From a virus (taxonomy: Duplodnaviria; Caudoviricetes): a stretch of 54,215 nt of DNA. A model generated the notes under the pieces. It searched no databases, was not told where the DNA came from, and was given only the letters and a program-made list of their open reading frames with translations. How positions within the stretch are numbered: the first letter of the stretch is position 1; each line of letters opens with the position of its first letter. Below are positions 16,254 to 27,300 of this stretch, in pieces. The stretch lies in IMG/VR virus record IMGVR_UViG_3300044961_000053, positions 1-54,215 of that record; one strand, 5' to 3'. The position numbers and the translations under genes are program-made.

Positions 16254-17220
16254 TATGACTTTGTTTGAGTCTAACAACGCACTCGCTATTCCGGACTATC
16301 TTAAATTTGATGTCAAGCCGATCGCTCGCTCTATTGTTCCGGCGCAGGGTGCAGACTACATCAGCCTGAAAGGAAATCGTTTTCGTTGCGTTGTTGGTGG
16401 GCAAGAATTAGATCCATTCGATACTACCTACCTTGACGTTATTATCCTCGGCAGTTTGGGCAATGTCAGTCGTGTGTACTATGCAACTAAGTACGATCCA
16501 AATTCGGAAGCGGTTCCGCCGACTTGTTACAGCGCGGATGGAAAAACTCCCGCTGCAAATGTAGTAAACAAGCAAGCCGAGCGATGCGATATTTGTCCAC
16601 AGAACATCAAAGGTTCGTCCATTACCGGTGACGGTACTGGTAAGGCTTGCGGATACTTTCATCGACTTGCAGTCATGCTTGCCGACGATCCAGAAGGTCG
16701 AGTGTGGCGGCTTGATGTGAAGTCGAAAGGACTGTTTGGGCAGTCGTATGCACAAGCAAGAAAGTTCAACCTTAACGACTATGCACGAGCGGTGTCTCGT
16801 ACTCAGTTTGAGTTTCAACAGTTAGTTACTCGGCTGTCGTTTGATCCAAACGAGTCTGTTCCTAAGCTGTTGTTTGAGGCTCGTAGTGTCATTGACCAAC
16901 GGCAAGCAGAAGTAGTTAAGCGCTTGCTTGCTAACTATGCGATTGTGGAGGACGCATATCGAGTGGAGTACGGCACCGCAAAGGCAGAAGCGCCAGCAGC
17001 GCCGGCAGTGCCCGCCATGACGGGCTCGGTTGCTTCGCAGCCAGCACTCCAAGCTCCCGCCATTGCGCCAGTAATGGAATCTAGAGCGCCTGTCCAGCAG
17101 GGTTTGCCGCTCAGTTCGCCGCCTGCTGTGGCAAGTGGTAGCATTCCGTCCTCGGCGCCGGTTGCCGGTACGACTTCTAACATTCAGAAGATTCTAGAAA
17201 AGCTGAATGCCGGAAGATAA
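16246..17220 (+). CDS. Putative ssDNA-binding / annealing protein with Cys cluster
   Basis: PTCYSADG...CDICPQNIKGS...KAC; Ala/Pro-rich tail; GGAGG SD. Confidence 0.65.
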   Translation: MSDMTLFESNNALAIPDYLKFDVKPIARSIVPAQGADYISLKGNRFRCVVGGQELDPFDTTYLDVIILGSLGNVSRVYYATKYDPNSEAVPPTCYSADGKTPAANVVNKQAERCDICPQNIKGSSITGDGTGKACGYFHRLAVMLADDPEGRVWRLDVKSKGLFGQSYAQARKFNLNDYARAVSRTQFEFQQLVTRLSFDPNESVPKLLFEARSVIDQRQAEVVKRLLANYAIVEDAYRVEYGTAKAEAPAAPAVPAMTGSVASQPALQAPAIAPVMESRAPVQQGLPLSSPPAVASGSIPSSAPVAGTTSNIQKILEKLNAGR

Positions 17221-17229
17221 CTAAGTACA

Positions 17230-17289
17230 GTTCGGCGTACATTCCCGCGTCGTCACCCCCCGACGTGCCGAACAAGGGGGTTTTTCTTT
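17230..17289 (+). terminator. Structured leader / terminator upstream of primase
   Basis: Nested stems plus ACCCCC/GGGGGT pairing followed by TTTTCTTT. Confidence 0.5.
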
Positions 17290-17307
17290 GCGACAGGGAC
17301 GCAAAGC

Positions 17308-20166
17308 ATGGACTTTCTAAAAGCAATAATGCCCTCAACGGGCTTCGTATGCGTTGCAGTGGGCAAACTTCAAAAGACCGCCCGAAAAGAAAAACTAGAT
17401 TCACTAAATCACATTCCGTTTCAAGATGTCGATACTCTAATTGCAGGTTTAAAAGACCTGCAAGCTGTAAGCACGGGAAAAGAAGTATACTTTTCTCCTG
17501 CAACCTACGCCAAAATAAAAGACCCTAATAACGGGTTTCGTAAAGGCGACAACGTATTGGCTTTAAAGTCTCTCTATGTCGATATAGACATTAGAGAGGA
17601 ACCGGCTTTTTGTCACAGCTATGAGGATGCTGTTAAAGACATAAGCAGGTTTTGCGAAGAAACCTCATTTCCGTACCCGTGGCTTGTGGATTCAGGCAAC
17701 GGCATTCATGCCTACTGGCCGCTTGAAAAAGAACTAAGTCCAGTAGAATGGGATGCGTATTCCGCCGGCTTTCTTGAATTAGTAAAATCCGTTTGCCCAC
17801 GTCTGGTAGCGGATTCTAGTCGTACAAAAGACAAAGCCGCGTTATTGAGGTTACCCGGATTTATCAATCATAAAAACGGGCGTAATCAAAAAGTTTCTGT
17901 ACTGTCCGAAGGTGGAGGTGAACTATCACTGTCCTTAGTTCCTACTAAGGAAATAGACCCTCTCGGTACGGTTGCAGACTACTCGCATATCGACCCTAAA
18001 GACAAAGTCGCCATCGAGCACGTCGTGTCGGCGTGTAATTGGATGCGCGAATACGTTGAACATAAAGAAACTGCCAGCGAACCGGAATGGTACGCTGCGC
18101 TTGCTGTTGGGCGCTTTACGTATATAAAAGACCCAAAAGAAACCTACGAAAGTGCGATGGCTCTATCAACTGGCCATCCGGGGTTTAATCCAACAGAGAC
18201 TATAAAAAAGCTAGACCAACTTGCTAAGGCTAGCATCGGCCCATCGACGTGCGTGCGACTGAGTGAGCTAGCTCCGGATCGGTGCCGTCGGTGTCCGTTA
18301 CGCGGCATGGTGAACAGCCCTGTCTCAGCAGGGCGCAAGATCGCTAACACCGATCCGCTTGACTTGGCAGTGATTACGGAGCCTTCTTTAGAAGAAGAAA
18401 CAATCGTAGTTTCTGGGTATGAGATTGCTCCGCCACCGGCACCGTTCTTTTTTAAGAATGACCAGATATTTATGAACAAAACAGACTCTATAGTCCGTGT
18501 TTTTGACTTCCTTGTGGTGCCTATCAACAGGTCGAAAGACGAATACACAGGCCAGGAAATTGCAGAGATTGCGGCACGGTTTCCGCACGACGGAGACAAG
18601 ATCATTCGCGTGCCGATGAGCCTACTTGCTGATGATAAAAAGCTCGGCATTTTCCTTGCTGACTATGGAATACTTCCAGACAGAACATACGCGCCGCATT
18701 TTTACAGGTATCTCGTAAGCTATATCAGAAGCATACAGTTGTCAAAAGCGGCTGCGCGTCAGTATTCACAATTAGGTTGGCGGTTTCCAGACATTAACAT
18801 TCCAGAATATGCAGAGTTTGTTTTGGGTGACATGGTGTACACAAAGCGCGGCTGGCTGGCCAATACTAGCATCAGCCCTACGCTCGCACCATCAAAAGCA
18901 GCTGCTACTGCATCTGGATCGTTGGAAGAATGGAAGCGTGCGTTTTCTATACTAAGCGATATTAAAGGTGCAGAACCGCTGATAGTAACTGCTCTTATGG
19001 GATTTGCTGCGCCTCTTGTCGAGTTTACTCCCTATAACGGCATACTTGTCAATTTATACGGAGGCTCTGGTAGAGGCAAGTCCACAGCGCAACGGTTTGC
19101 GACAAGTATTTGGGGAGTTCCAAATGAACGCATGATTTTAACGCACGACAACAGAATTCCAATGCTTAATCGCATTGGAGCCATGCGCAATCTACCAGTG
19201 ACGTTTGATGAACTCACTGAAATGGACCCAGAGGCTCTTGGCACTTTGTTGTACGAAATTACGGGTGGACGTGGAAAAGAGCGCGCAACAGTTACTGGCG
19301 TTACTAGAGCTAACGAGGCCACATGGAAAACAATAATTCTTGGAAGCTCTAATATATCCATCTACAGCAAAATTGCAAAGCTGCGTGCTGGCAATAATGG
19401 ACAAGCATACAGAGTTTTAGAGTTCGAGGTGTCTCCAGCAGTTGCAGAATACGCAATTGCTATTGATACAGCTAAGTCTATTATCGACTCTAACTACGGT
19501 ATGGCAGGCAGAGTGTATGCCGAATACTTAGCTAACAACGTAGTTTCTGTACGAAGGAAAGTTGAAGAAACTATTCGCGCGTTTACCAAAAGCTATCAAG
19601 AAGCTCCAGCAGAACGATTTTGGTTAGTAGCAGTAGCTACTATGTATGTTGGAGCTAGCATTGCCCACGAGTTAAAACTTCATACATACGACGTTGCTGG
19701 CATGGTGAATTGGATGGTAAACGCCATGAAGCAAGTTCGAGTCGAAATACAAGACACTCTGGGCGATGCGGGTAATATGCTCAACCAGTTCTTCCTTGAG
19801 AATCTTAATAACACTCTGCGTGACGATGGCAGTTCTTCAATTATGATAGTGCCGAATAACGCACGTAACATCTGTGTTAGATATTACGGTACACAGAAGA
19901 AGATTGAGTACGTAGCTGTTACAAAGAAAGCACTCATAGATTACTGCAAGTTCTTTAAGATTGAACTTGGGTGGCTGCTTTCTTCACTGAAAAACAGCAA
20001 AGCACTTCGTGGTGCGCGTAGGTTGGATATTTTAAACAAAACTGGACTGCCGCCAGTTGAAGTAGATTGCTACATTTTTGATGCCGAAGTTTTAATAGGG
20101 TCGCAAGAACCTTCGTTCATTCCAAAAGAAGTTAGTCAAGTCAGAAGCAGCACTTCAATAAATTAG
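17308..20166 (+). CDS. AEP primase-polymerase fused to a DUF927 / Cch-like helicase
   Basis: VDID, SGNGIHAYW, LRLPG; PriCT-like EPEWY and CxxC; GGSGRGKST, FDELT, GRGKER. Confidence 0.9.
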   Translation: MDFLKAIMPSTGFVCVAVGKLQKTARKEKLDSLNHIPFQDVDTLIAGLKDLQAVSTGKEVYFSPATYAKIKDPNNGFRKGDNVLALKSLYVDIDIREEPAFCHSYEDAVKDISRFCEETSFPYPWLVDSGNGIHAYWPLEKELSPVEWDAYSAGFLELVKSVCPRLVADSSRTKDKAALLRLPGFINHKNGRNQKVSVLSEGGGELSLSLVPTKEIDPLGTVADYSHIDPKDKVAIEHVVSACNWMREYVEHKETASEPEWYAALAVGRFTYIKDPKETYESAMALSTGHPGFNPTETIKKLDQLAKASIGPSTCVRLSELAPDRCRRCPLRGMVNSPVSAGRKIANTDPLDLAVITEPSLEEETIVVSGYEIAPPPAPFFFKNDQIFMNKTDSIVRVFDFLVVPINRSKDEYTGQEIAEIAARFPHDGDKIIRVPMSLLADDKKLGIFLADYGILPDRTYAPHFYRYLVSYIRSIQLSKAAARQYSQLGWRFPDINIPEYAEFVLGDMVYTKRGWLANTSISPTLAPSKAAATASGSLEEWKRAFSILSDIKGAEPLIVTALMGFAAPLVEFTPYNGILVNLYGGSGRGKSTAQRFATSIWGVPNERMILTHDNRIPMLNRIGAMRNLPVTFDELTEMDPEALGTLLYEITGGRGKERATVTGVTRANEATWKTIILGSSNISIYSKIAKLRAGNNGQAYRVLEFEVSPAVAEYAIAIDTAKSIIDSNYGMAGRVYAEYLANNVVSVRRKVEETIRAFTKSYQEAPAERFWLVAVATMYVGASIAHELKLHTYDVAGMVNWMVNAMKQVRVEIQDTLGDAGNMLNQFFLENLNNTLRDDGSSSIMIVPNNARNICVRYYGTQKKIEYVAVTKKALIDYCKFFKIELGWLLSSLKNSKALRGARRLDILNKTGLPPVEVDCYIFDAEVLIGSQEPSFIPKEVSQVRSSTSIN

Positions 20167-20174
20167 GAGTCGTT

Positions 20175-20486
20175 ATGGAAAAGTTTACTGCGTACAGAGT
20201 AACGGTTTCTCCTGAATTTAAAGGAGTCTTTAATAGTGACACACTGTTAATACATGCAACATCTTTTATATTTGAATACGAGTCATCGCCCGTTCCAATG
20301 GTAAGTTTTCAAGTAGCTGTAAGAGACGAAGAAAACGATGACTACGATTATGAAACAGTAGTGGCCATGCCAATGAAGGCTGTGGCTATGGTAGAAAGAG
20401 TATATATAGAAATAGAAGCAGAAGTTTATTACGCAGTTTCTGTTGAATGCCAACTTGTTCGCAACTTACCCCGTTTTGGAGGATAA
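20175..20486 (+). CDS. Acidic hypothetical protein (103 aa)
   Basis: AGGAG SD. Confidence 0.7.
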   Translation: MEKFTAYRVTVSPEFKGVFNSDTLLIHATSFIFEYESSPVPMVSFQVAVRDEENDDYDYETVVAMPMKAVAMVERVYIEIEAEVYYAVSVECQLVRNLPRFGG

Positions 20487-20487
20487 A

Positions 20488-21372
20488 ATGATTCCGCATG
20501 GATTTCGTCCTATGCTTGCTGTAGATCATAACAAAGTTAGCATGCAACCTAAGACTTTGTATATGAGTGAGAAGCTAGACGGCGTGCGTGTTTTGTTTTT
20601 CGATGGCATAGCGTACAGTAGGGCGCTTAAGCCACTGCCAAATCGTAAACTTCAAGAACTAGCAAAGATACATAAAAAAGCTCTAGAAGGCTGCGATGGC
20701 GAACTTATCTCTGGTAGTATGTACGGGCCGGACGTTTTGCAACGTAGTGTGTCCGCTGCTATGTCTTTTCATTCGCAAGACCCATTTAAAATCTACCTAT
20801 TCGATAAGTTCGAGCCAAATACTTACTGGGTGAATAGATTTAAAAAGTTGTTGACAACTGAACTACCTGACTTTGTATCAGTTCTCGGCCACTACAAAGT
20901 TGATAGTGACAATGCTTTAGCACAGTTTGAATCTGAGGTGCTGAACAGAGGTGGCGAGGGTGTTATGCTACGTGATGCTGATGGAATGTATAAATTTGGA
21001 AGAAGCGGAACTCGCTATCCTGAACTACAGAAAGTAAAGAGATTCAAAGATTGCGAAGTTAAAATACTTGACTTCGCGCCGTTACAGCATAACGAAAACG
21101 AGCCGACTATTGACGATCTCGGTTACACTACCAGAAGCACGTCCAAGGAAGGAATGGTAGAACTCGACAAACTTGGTAGCTTGCATGTCGAGCTACCGAA
21201 TGGAGTGCGGTTCTGGGTCGGTGGCGGATTTACCGAAGCTCAGCGCGTTATGTATTGGAGAATGCGAGAAGATATTGTAGGCAAGCAAGCCACAATCAAA
21301 TACTTCCGCGAGTCGGCAGACGGTGTTCCGTTGCTGCCGACTTTTGTCGCGTTCAGAGACGATTTAGTTTAG
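20488..21372 (+). CDS. ATP-dependent DNA ligase
   Basis: PMLA, EKLDGVR, DGEL, EGVMLR, KVK motifs; start reset to the ATG at 20488 behind GGAGG. Confidence 0.93.
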   Translation: MIPHGFRPMLAVDHNKVSMQPKTLYMSEKLDGVRVLFFDGIAYSRALKPLPNRKLQELAKIHKKALEGCDGELISGSMYGPDVLQRSVSAAMSFHSQDPFKIYLFDKFEPNTYWVNRFKKLLTTELPDFVSVLGHYKVDSDNALAQFESEVLNRGGEGVMLRDADGMYKFGRSGTRYPELQKVKRFKDCEVKILDFAPLQHNENEPTIDDLGYTTRSTSKEGMVELDKLGSLHVELPNGVRFWVGGGFTEAQRVMYWRMREDIVGKQATIKYFRESADGVPLLPTFVAFRDDLV

Positions 21373-24300
21373 CATCGTCTGCGCTTGGCGCATTAAGCGT
21401 TCGCGCTCACTACGGTATCTAGTGGTGAGCGCTACCATTCTCGCACGCTTAGCTTCCTCAGACATCAGGCGATTCTCACGAATAGCTTTAGCGTCTGCAT
21501 TAAATTTCCGATTGAGACTGTCAATCTTGTTGTCAAGTTCTGCAAGTCGTCTGGTGCGCTCCGGTAGGCGGTTGAGAGTACCTTCTAATTCAGCTTGCTT
21601 AGCTTGAAAACTAAAAGTGTTCAACTGCCTACGAAGCGCATTGAACTCGACATTATCAGCGAACTGCAAATCACGAGCCGTAACTGCGTTAGTCACAGCT
21701 TTACTTAACGAAGCAAAATCAGCAGTCAGCCCGCCGACACGAGGTTCGACAAAGTTCTCAATATCACCAATAAACTGTTCGTTACGCGCTTCTTCTTTCA
21801 TCACCATTGTGATACTGCGCCCAACACCACCAAACCAAGAGTCCATACCAAACATAAACACTTCGGGCGCAACGTCTATACCAAGGTTGTCGTAAAGCCA
21901 CTTGCTCATATCAGTGAACATCTGCGGAGTGCCAAGTTTAGGTGAACTATACCACGGCACTCCTTCTTCTTTGTACTGATTATAAATAGTACCGACACCG
22001 AACCGCTTCCGATTTGCTGCCAAACTAAGCGCAGTGTCGCCTACCGGATTAAATCCAACCACGCCCATTAATTGAGCTTTCAAGAAGTCGTTAATGTCTG
22101 CCTGCTCAGGAATAGTATACGGTTGGAGTGGCGTAGTGTTCTTTTGCACATGGTCAATGAACGAGTAAATTGCATCCGATGGCGTGGTATAGCCATTGAC
22201 CACCATATACCCAAGTACGCCGAGAGACGGTAAAAGCTGCGGCATACCGTACCCAAGGGGTATCTTATAGAACGAATCGTCGCTTGCCTCAATCGGCAAT
22301 ACGAGGTTCATCAGCATTGTCTCGGGTCTGATCTTGCTCAGAACCGGCTCATCGTCCTCGTCGTCACCGAGCGAGGCGTCGAGCATCATCATCCACAGAA
22401 AGCCCATGGCAGTGCCCCAACCGAGCAGCGCTATCGCTTTGGCTTTGTCGATTCCACCCTCAGGCTTGCGAATCGCCATGTAGAGCCGGTCCGCACCGGT
22501 CATTGCTGCACGGAAGAACGGAATCAACGAGGCAAAGTTCGACGCCTCACTTCCAGACTGCGTGAAGTTCTGCAAATTACGCACGTAAGTAGCAGCATCT
22601 TGGTCGCCCATCGTTTTACGAAGAACGTTGAATGCTGCTATACGGCCACCGTACTCGGCCATTGTGCCCATCGAGTCAAGAATTTTAACTGCGGTGTCTT
22701 TGAACTTGTAGCCTATGCGTAAAAAGTCATTTGATCGCAGTTTAGCCAGTCGTGGGTCAGCAGTTAGCTCACGCTCTAACGACGACATGATTCCGTAGAA
22801 GTCCGCGAACTGCGAAGCGCCACCGGCATCCTCGAAGTCTACAATCATTTGAGCGGTCTTATCGCCTTTAGCTGCAAACTCACGCATTTTCTGCGGACTT
22901 GCAAACGCTCCCTTTAACGCAAGATCAAGAAAACGGAAATAGCCGCCGTTACTAATGTATTCTTCAATGAACTCAACTGACTTGCCAAGGCCATGATCTA
23001 TACCGATCATAGTCGGAACGTAATTAAAATCACGAAGCGCCTGTGTTACCATCATAAACACAGGATACGCCCACGTCTGAGCACGAGAATAGAACCGAGT
23101 AAGCGGAGCTAAGTATTTGAACAGGTACTCATTCGGTGGCTTGTGATTAGTGTTGACAAACGCCTGCGCTAACGAATCGTTATCACCAAGATCGAATATA
23201 GTAGCTGTCCCGTCAGGCTTACGCCACAGGATTTTATAGCGTCGGTCTATCTTGAGTATGTTTGCGCCTTGAGGGAAATCCGCGCTAGTCTCAAGATCGG
23301 TTTTTTGTAGCTTAAGTGCTTCGGCGTTTTTGACCATCTGCGGACCGATGACATTCATCAGTTTTGCAAACTCCATCTGATGAATAGACTGCGCAAAGAC
23401 TCGCTCAAGCATCAGCAGCGGATTTTCAGGCGGACTATGTCGTCCTTCCATGGCAACAACATTGCCAGTGGTCGGTAAAAGCTCATCTGACTCCGGATCT
23501 TCAATGACCGAAGATTGAGTTTGATTTATTTTACCACGTAACGGAACCCACCAGTCAAAGTTATAACTTTCAAACCGACGACGTTGCTCCGGAGTAATGT
23601 TGGATGCGAATATATTGTCGCGTATTTGGTTCGCTACTGCTTTTAAAACAGGCTGCAAAGTTTGCAGATCTTGCCGAGTAAGCCCTGTTTTATCTAACAG
23701 TCTGTTAAGAACTTCGTTAAGTGTGTCGGTGTCCGCACCGGAACGTTCTTCTTTTCTCCAATTTTCATTAAGAGCAAACCGATCAACTACAGCTTCAAGA
23801 CTGGTTCTGAACTCGTCGCGGCTCATGCTGCCATCTTTTTCATAGGCTTCGACAAGAGCTTCTCGAATTTCTTGACCTTCGTCAGTAAGCCTAGTGCGAC
23901 GTAATGCAAGATCGTAGTTACGCTCAACGCCATGAAGCGCCCACAGCATGGCTCCAAGTTCATCCATGAACTTGGCATTCGACTTACTGTTAGTTTTTGC
24001 TAACAGCTTTTCGATAGCTTCTTCAAGCGGACGAAGAACTTTTTCAGATTGAATCGAGATTGTGCTTGCAGTCTTAGCTTTAAAGTCTCCGAATGAATTT
24101 TCAAACCGCGTCTGAATGCCAGCCTTAGCCATAATCTCGTCCACCTTGCGGGCGGGCAAGAATTCGGCGGCGACCTTCTCCCAGAACCGACGCAGCCCAG
24201 AAACTTTTTCTCGGCTAAATTCGTTAGCTGGTTCTGGATTTCCGATTTCTTTTAGGATTTCATCAACAGGAGATTCTTCTTTATCAGTTAAACTAAACTG

Positions 24301-27300
24301 AATACCTTCGGCAGCCGCACCTTTAGATGCAGCGTTGTAAATATCATATCGCGCAACAGCCTGTGCAATAGTAACTAAGTTGTTAGTTGTTAGATAAGGA
24401 GGCTTTCCAAGGACAGACCTCCAAATATTAGTAAACAAAGTTCTAACAGCTTCGATAAACTTACTTAAAGTATTAGACTTTTTAGATAAATTAAGTTTGA
24501 CAGCTTCTTCGATCGCATAAGGCAGTATTTCGGACTCATAAAATCCGCTTGCCTTTGCGCGTTTGTTAGCAATTTGAAAAACTTTGTACTCGGGGCTATC
24601 AAATTTAGCGTTGGCCCACGATTTTACTTGAGCTTTAAGCTCATTATATTTTGCATCCGAGTTTAAATAGCGCGCAAGACTACGATGCGCAACTTCGTGC
24701 GCATAAACCGCTATGCCATCTTCGATAGAATCTAAGTTGCTTGCTACGACATAAATGTTTCCAGTTGATGAGTCAAAAACTCCTTTGACGCCAAAAGAAC
24801 GTAGGTCTAGCGATTGTTGAGTTCTTTGGTATACGCCATTCTTGTATCTTTTAGAAACAATAAAAGCTACTCTATGCGAAGGCTCTCTTTTTGAATCGAG
24901 TGCGCGTTCGATTTGTTCGGGTGTAAGAGTTATGTCTTCCCGTTCAGCAACAGCTAAACGAACATTTTCATTAGGCTCTCTTTCTGGATCAAGAGCGCGT
25001 TCGATTTGTTCGGGTGTAAGAGTTATATCTTCTCGTTTGACAACGGCTTCACGAACGTATTGACTAGGTTCTCTTTCTGGATCAAGAGCGCGTTCGATTT
25101 GTTCGGGTGTAAGAGTTACATTTTTTCGTCTAATAACCTCTATGCGAACAAGTCCATTAGGTTCTCTTTCTGGATCAAGAGCACGTTTAATTTGTTCAGG
25201 CGTAAGAATTACATCTTGCCGTTGAATGACAGCTGTACGAACTGCACTAGAATACCTACTTTTTGGATCAAGAGCATGTTCAATTTGTTTGGGTGTAAGC
25301 GTTATATCTTGTCGTCGAACGACAGCTAGATGAACGCGAGAATCGGGTTCTATTTCTGGATTAAGAACACGTTCAACTTGCTCAGGCGTAAGAATTACGT
25401 TTCTTTGTCCAGCAACACCTCTACGAATTTCTTTTGGTACGCTATTTGGGTCTAAATAATCGTATTTACCAGTAGAGTGCAGTGCTAAGTAGAGCGTGAT
25501 ACTAGCACTTTCACTTAAAGTGTAATTTTTAGTAAAATTCTGTATTTCTTCTGCGTATTCTGGAGGAATAGTGCCGTCGTTCCTCTGAGACTGAATCTCT
25601 ACAATTTCATCTCCTTGAAATCTAACTGCTAACAAAGACTCGTTGTCTTTGCGAAAAACAAACATCGGCCCTAAAAGAGCATATGTTTCTTCCACTCCTC
25701 GACTAGTACACCAGTCTTGTCTAGTTCCTTTAGCAAAACTTAGATTTCTCCAAATAGCAAACTTTTTATTGCGTTCTTCTTGAGAATCTGTATTTAAAAC
25801 TTGAGGCAACTCAATCCATCGGCCTCCTTCAAGGCCGACGATAGTAGTTTCAGCAATTTCTTCTGCAAAATTTTGCGCTATTTCAGCATACAATTTAAGA
25901 GCTTTTTTAGGCGTTGCAACTCTATTATTCTTAAAATTTAACGCTACTTCCGCTGTTGCAGCGGGTATTAATCTAGGCGGCAATTCAAATGTATTGCTGT
26001 CAAGACCAGCTATAGACATACGAAGCAAAAGAGACTGTAGTACAGGCTCTGTTGAATAAGCATTCTTTAAATAATTGTAATTAGCGTCGATAACTTCTTG
26101 CTGACGCGCTCTAGCTTGCTCCACAACTACTTCATCACGCCCGGCTATACGTCTAAGAGGGCTGCCTTTTATTCTGACATTTTCAAAATCCTGTCTAGCA
26201 AGCTCGTTAATATCTTCTAAAGTTTTTGCATTAGCAAACTCAACCCACTTACCTTGGTCTGCCAAAGTAATCCAGCTTGCGTACTCGTTTTCTGCTTTAA
26301 ATCGCGCGACTTTCTGGCTAAACTGAAGTTCAGAAGTTCCGTACTCAAACGGCAAGTCAGCTTCGGTATCGACTATACGAAATCGAGAACTTAGTAATTC
26401 AGGATTTTTAACACCAACCCAGTCAGCAATAGCGGACCAAAGTTGCTGAACTCGTACAGTCCTAAGTCCAGACGTGACTTCAAAACGCTGACTCAGTTCA
26501 ATAGGGCGCGAGCGATTCTCACCCTCCATTGACGGAAGATGCGTATCCAATGCCGCTTGAAGTTCAGTAGCGCCCACGCCATTGCGTTCGGCAATAGAGA
26601 TAATAACCTGCTCTTTTAGATCTCTAAAAAATTTTGGTGAAGCCAAAAAGGCCGCCCGCATCTTAGCAGGAAACCTACTTTTTGCTGCTTTTTTAGTTAT
26701 GTCTAAAATATCTACAGCAGACTTAACCCATTCAGAAACTCCATCGGCCGTTAAGTCAGTTGGTTTTGGAATATTTTTAAAGCCAATTTGAACAAAGTCA
26801 TTAATTAGTTCCGGCGTAATTTGAACAGACGCATCGGTCGGAGGCGTGGGAGCAGCCGGAGCGGAAGCAGCCGAAGGCGTGGAAGCAGACGGAGCAGCCG
26901 AAGGCGTGGAAGCGGCCTCAGCAACCAGAGGCACAGAAGCAGCCGGAGCAGAAGCGGGCGGAGGCGTGGAGGCAGCCGAAGGCGTGGGAGCAGCCGGAGC
27001 GGAAGCAGTCGAAGGCGGCGATACGTCAGGCCGCCGTCTCAAAACATCTTGACGAACTTGGTTAGTATTCGCAATCGCAGCATCATACGTAGCAACAATG
27101 TTACTAAGTTGTGTAGCAAGTCCACGTTGCGTATTCGACACTCTATTTTGCGGAACTCCAAGAGCTATGCCGGTATAAACAACATCCTCAGGAGTTATAA
27201 TTTCTGGGTTTTTAGTCAGCTCTCTAGCTGCATTTGCTATACGGCCAGTCATTTCATTGCGCGCTAAATTTTCTACAATATTTAAATTCACAGTATTAGG

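Noticed and set aside
24841-25398. Diversity-generating retroelement TR/VR pair
   Set aside because: No reverse transcriptase; these are in-frame tandem coding repeats
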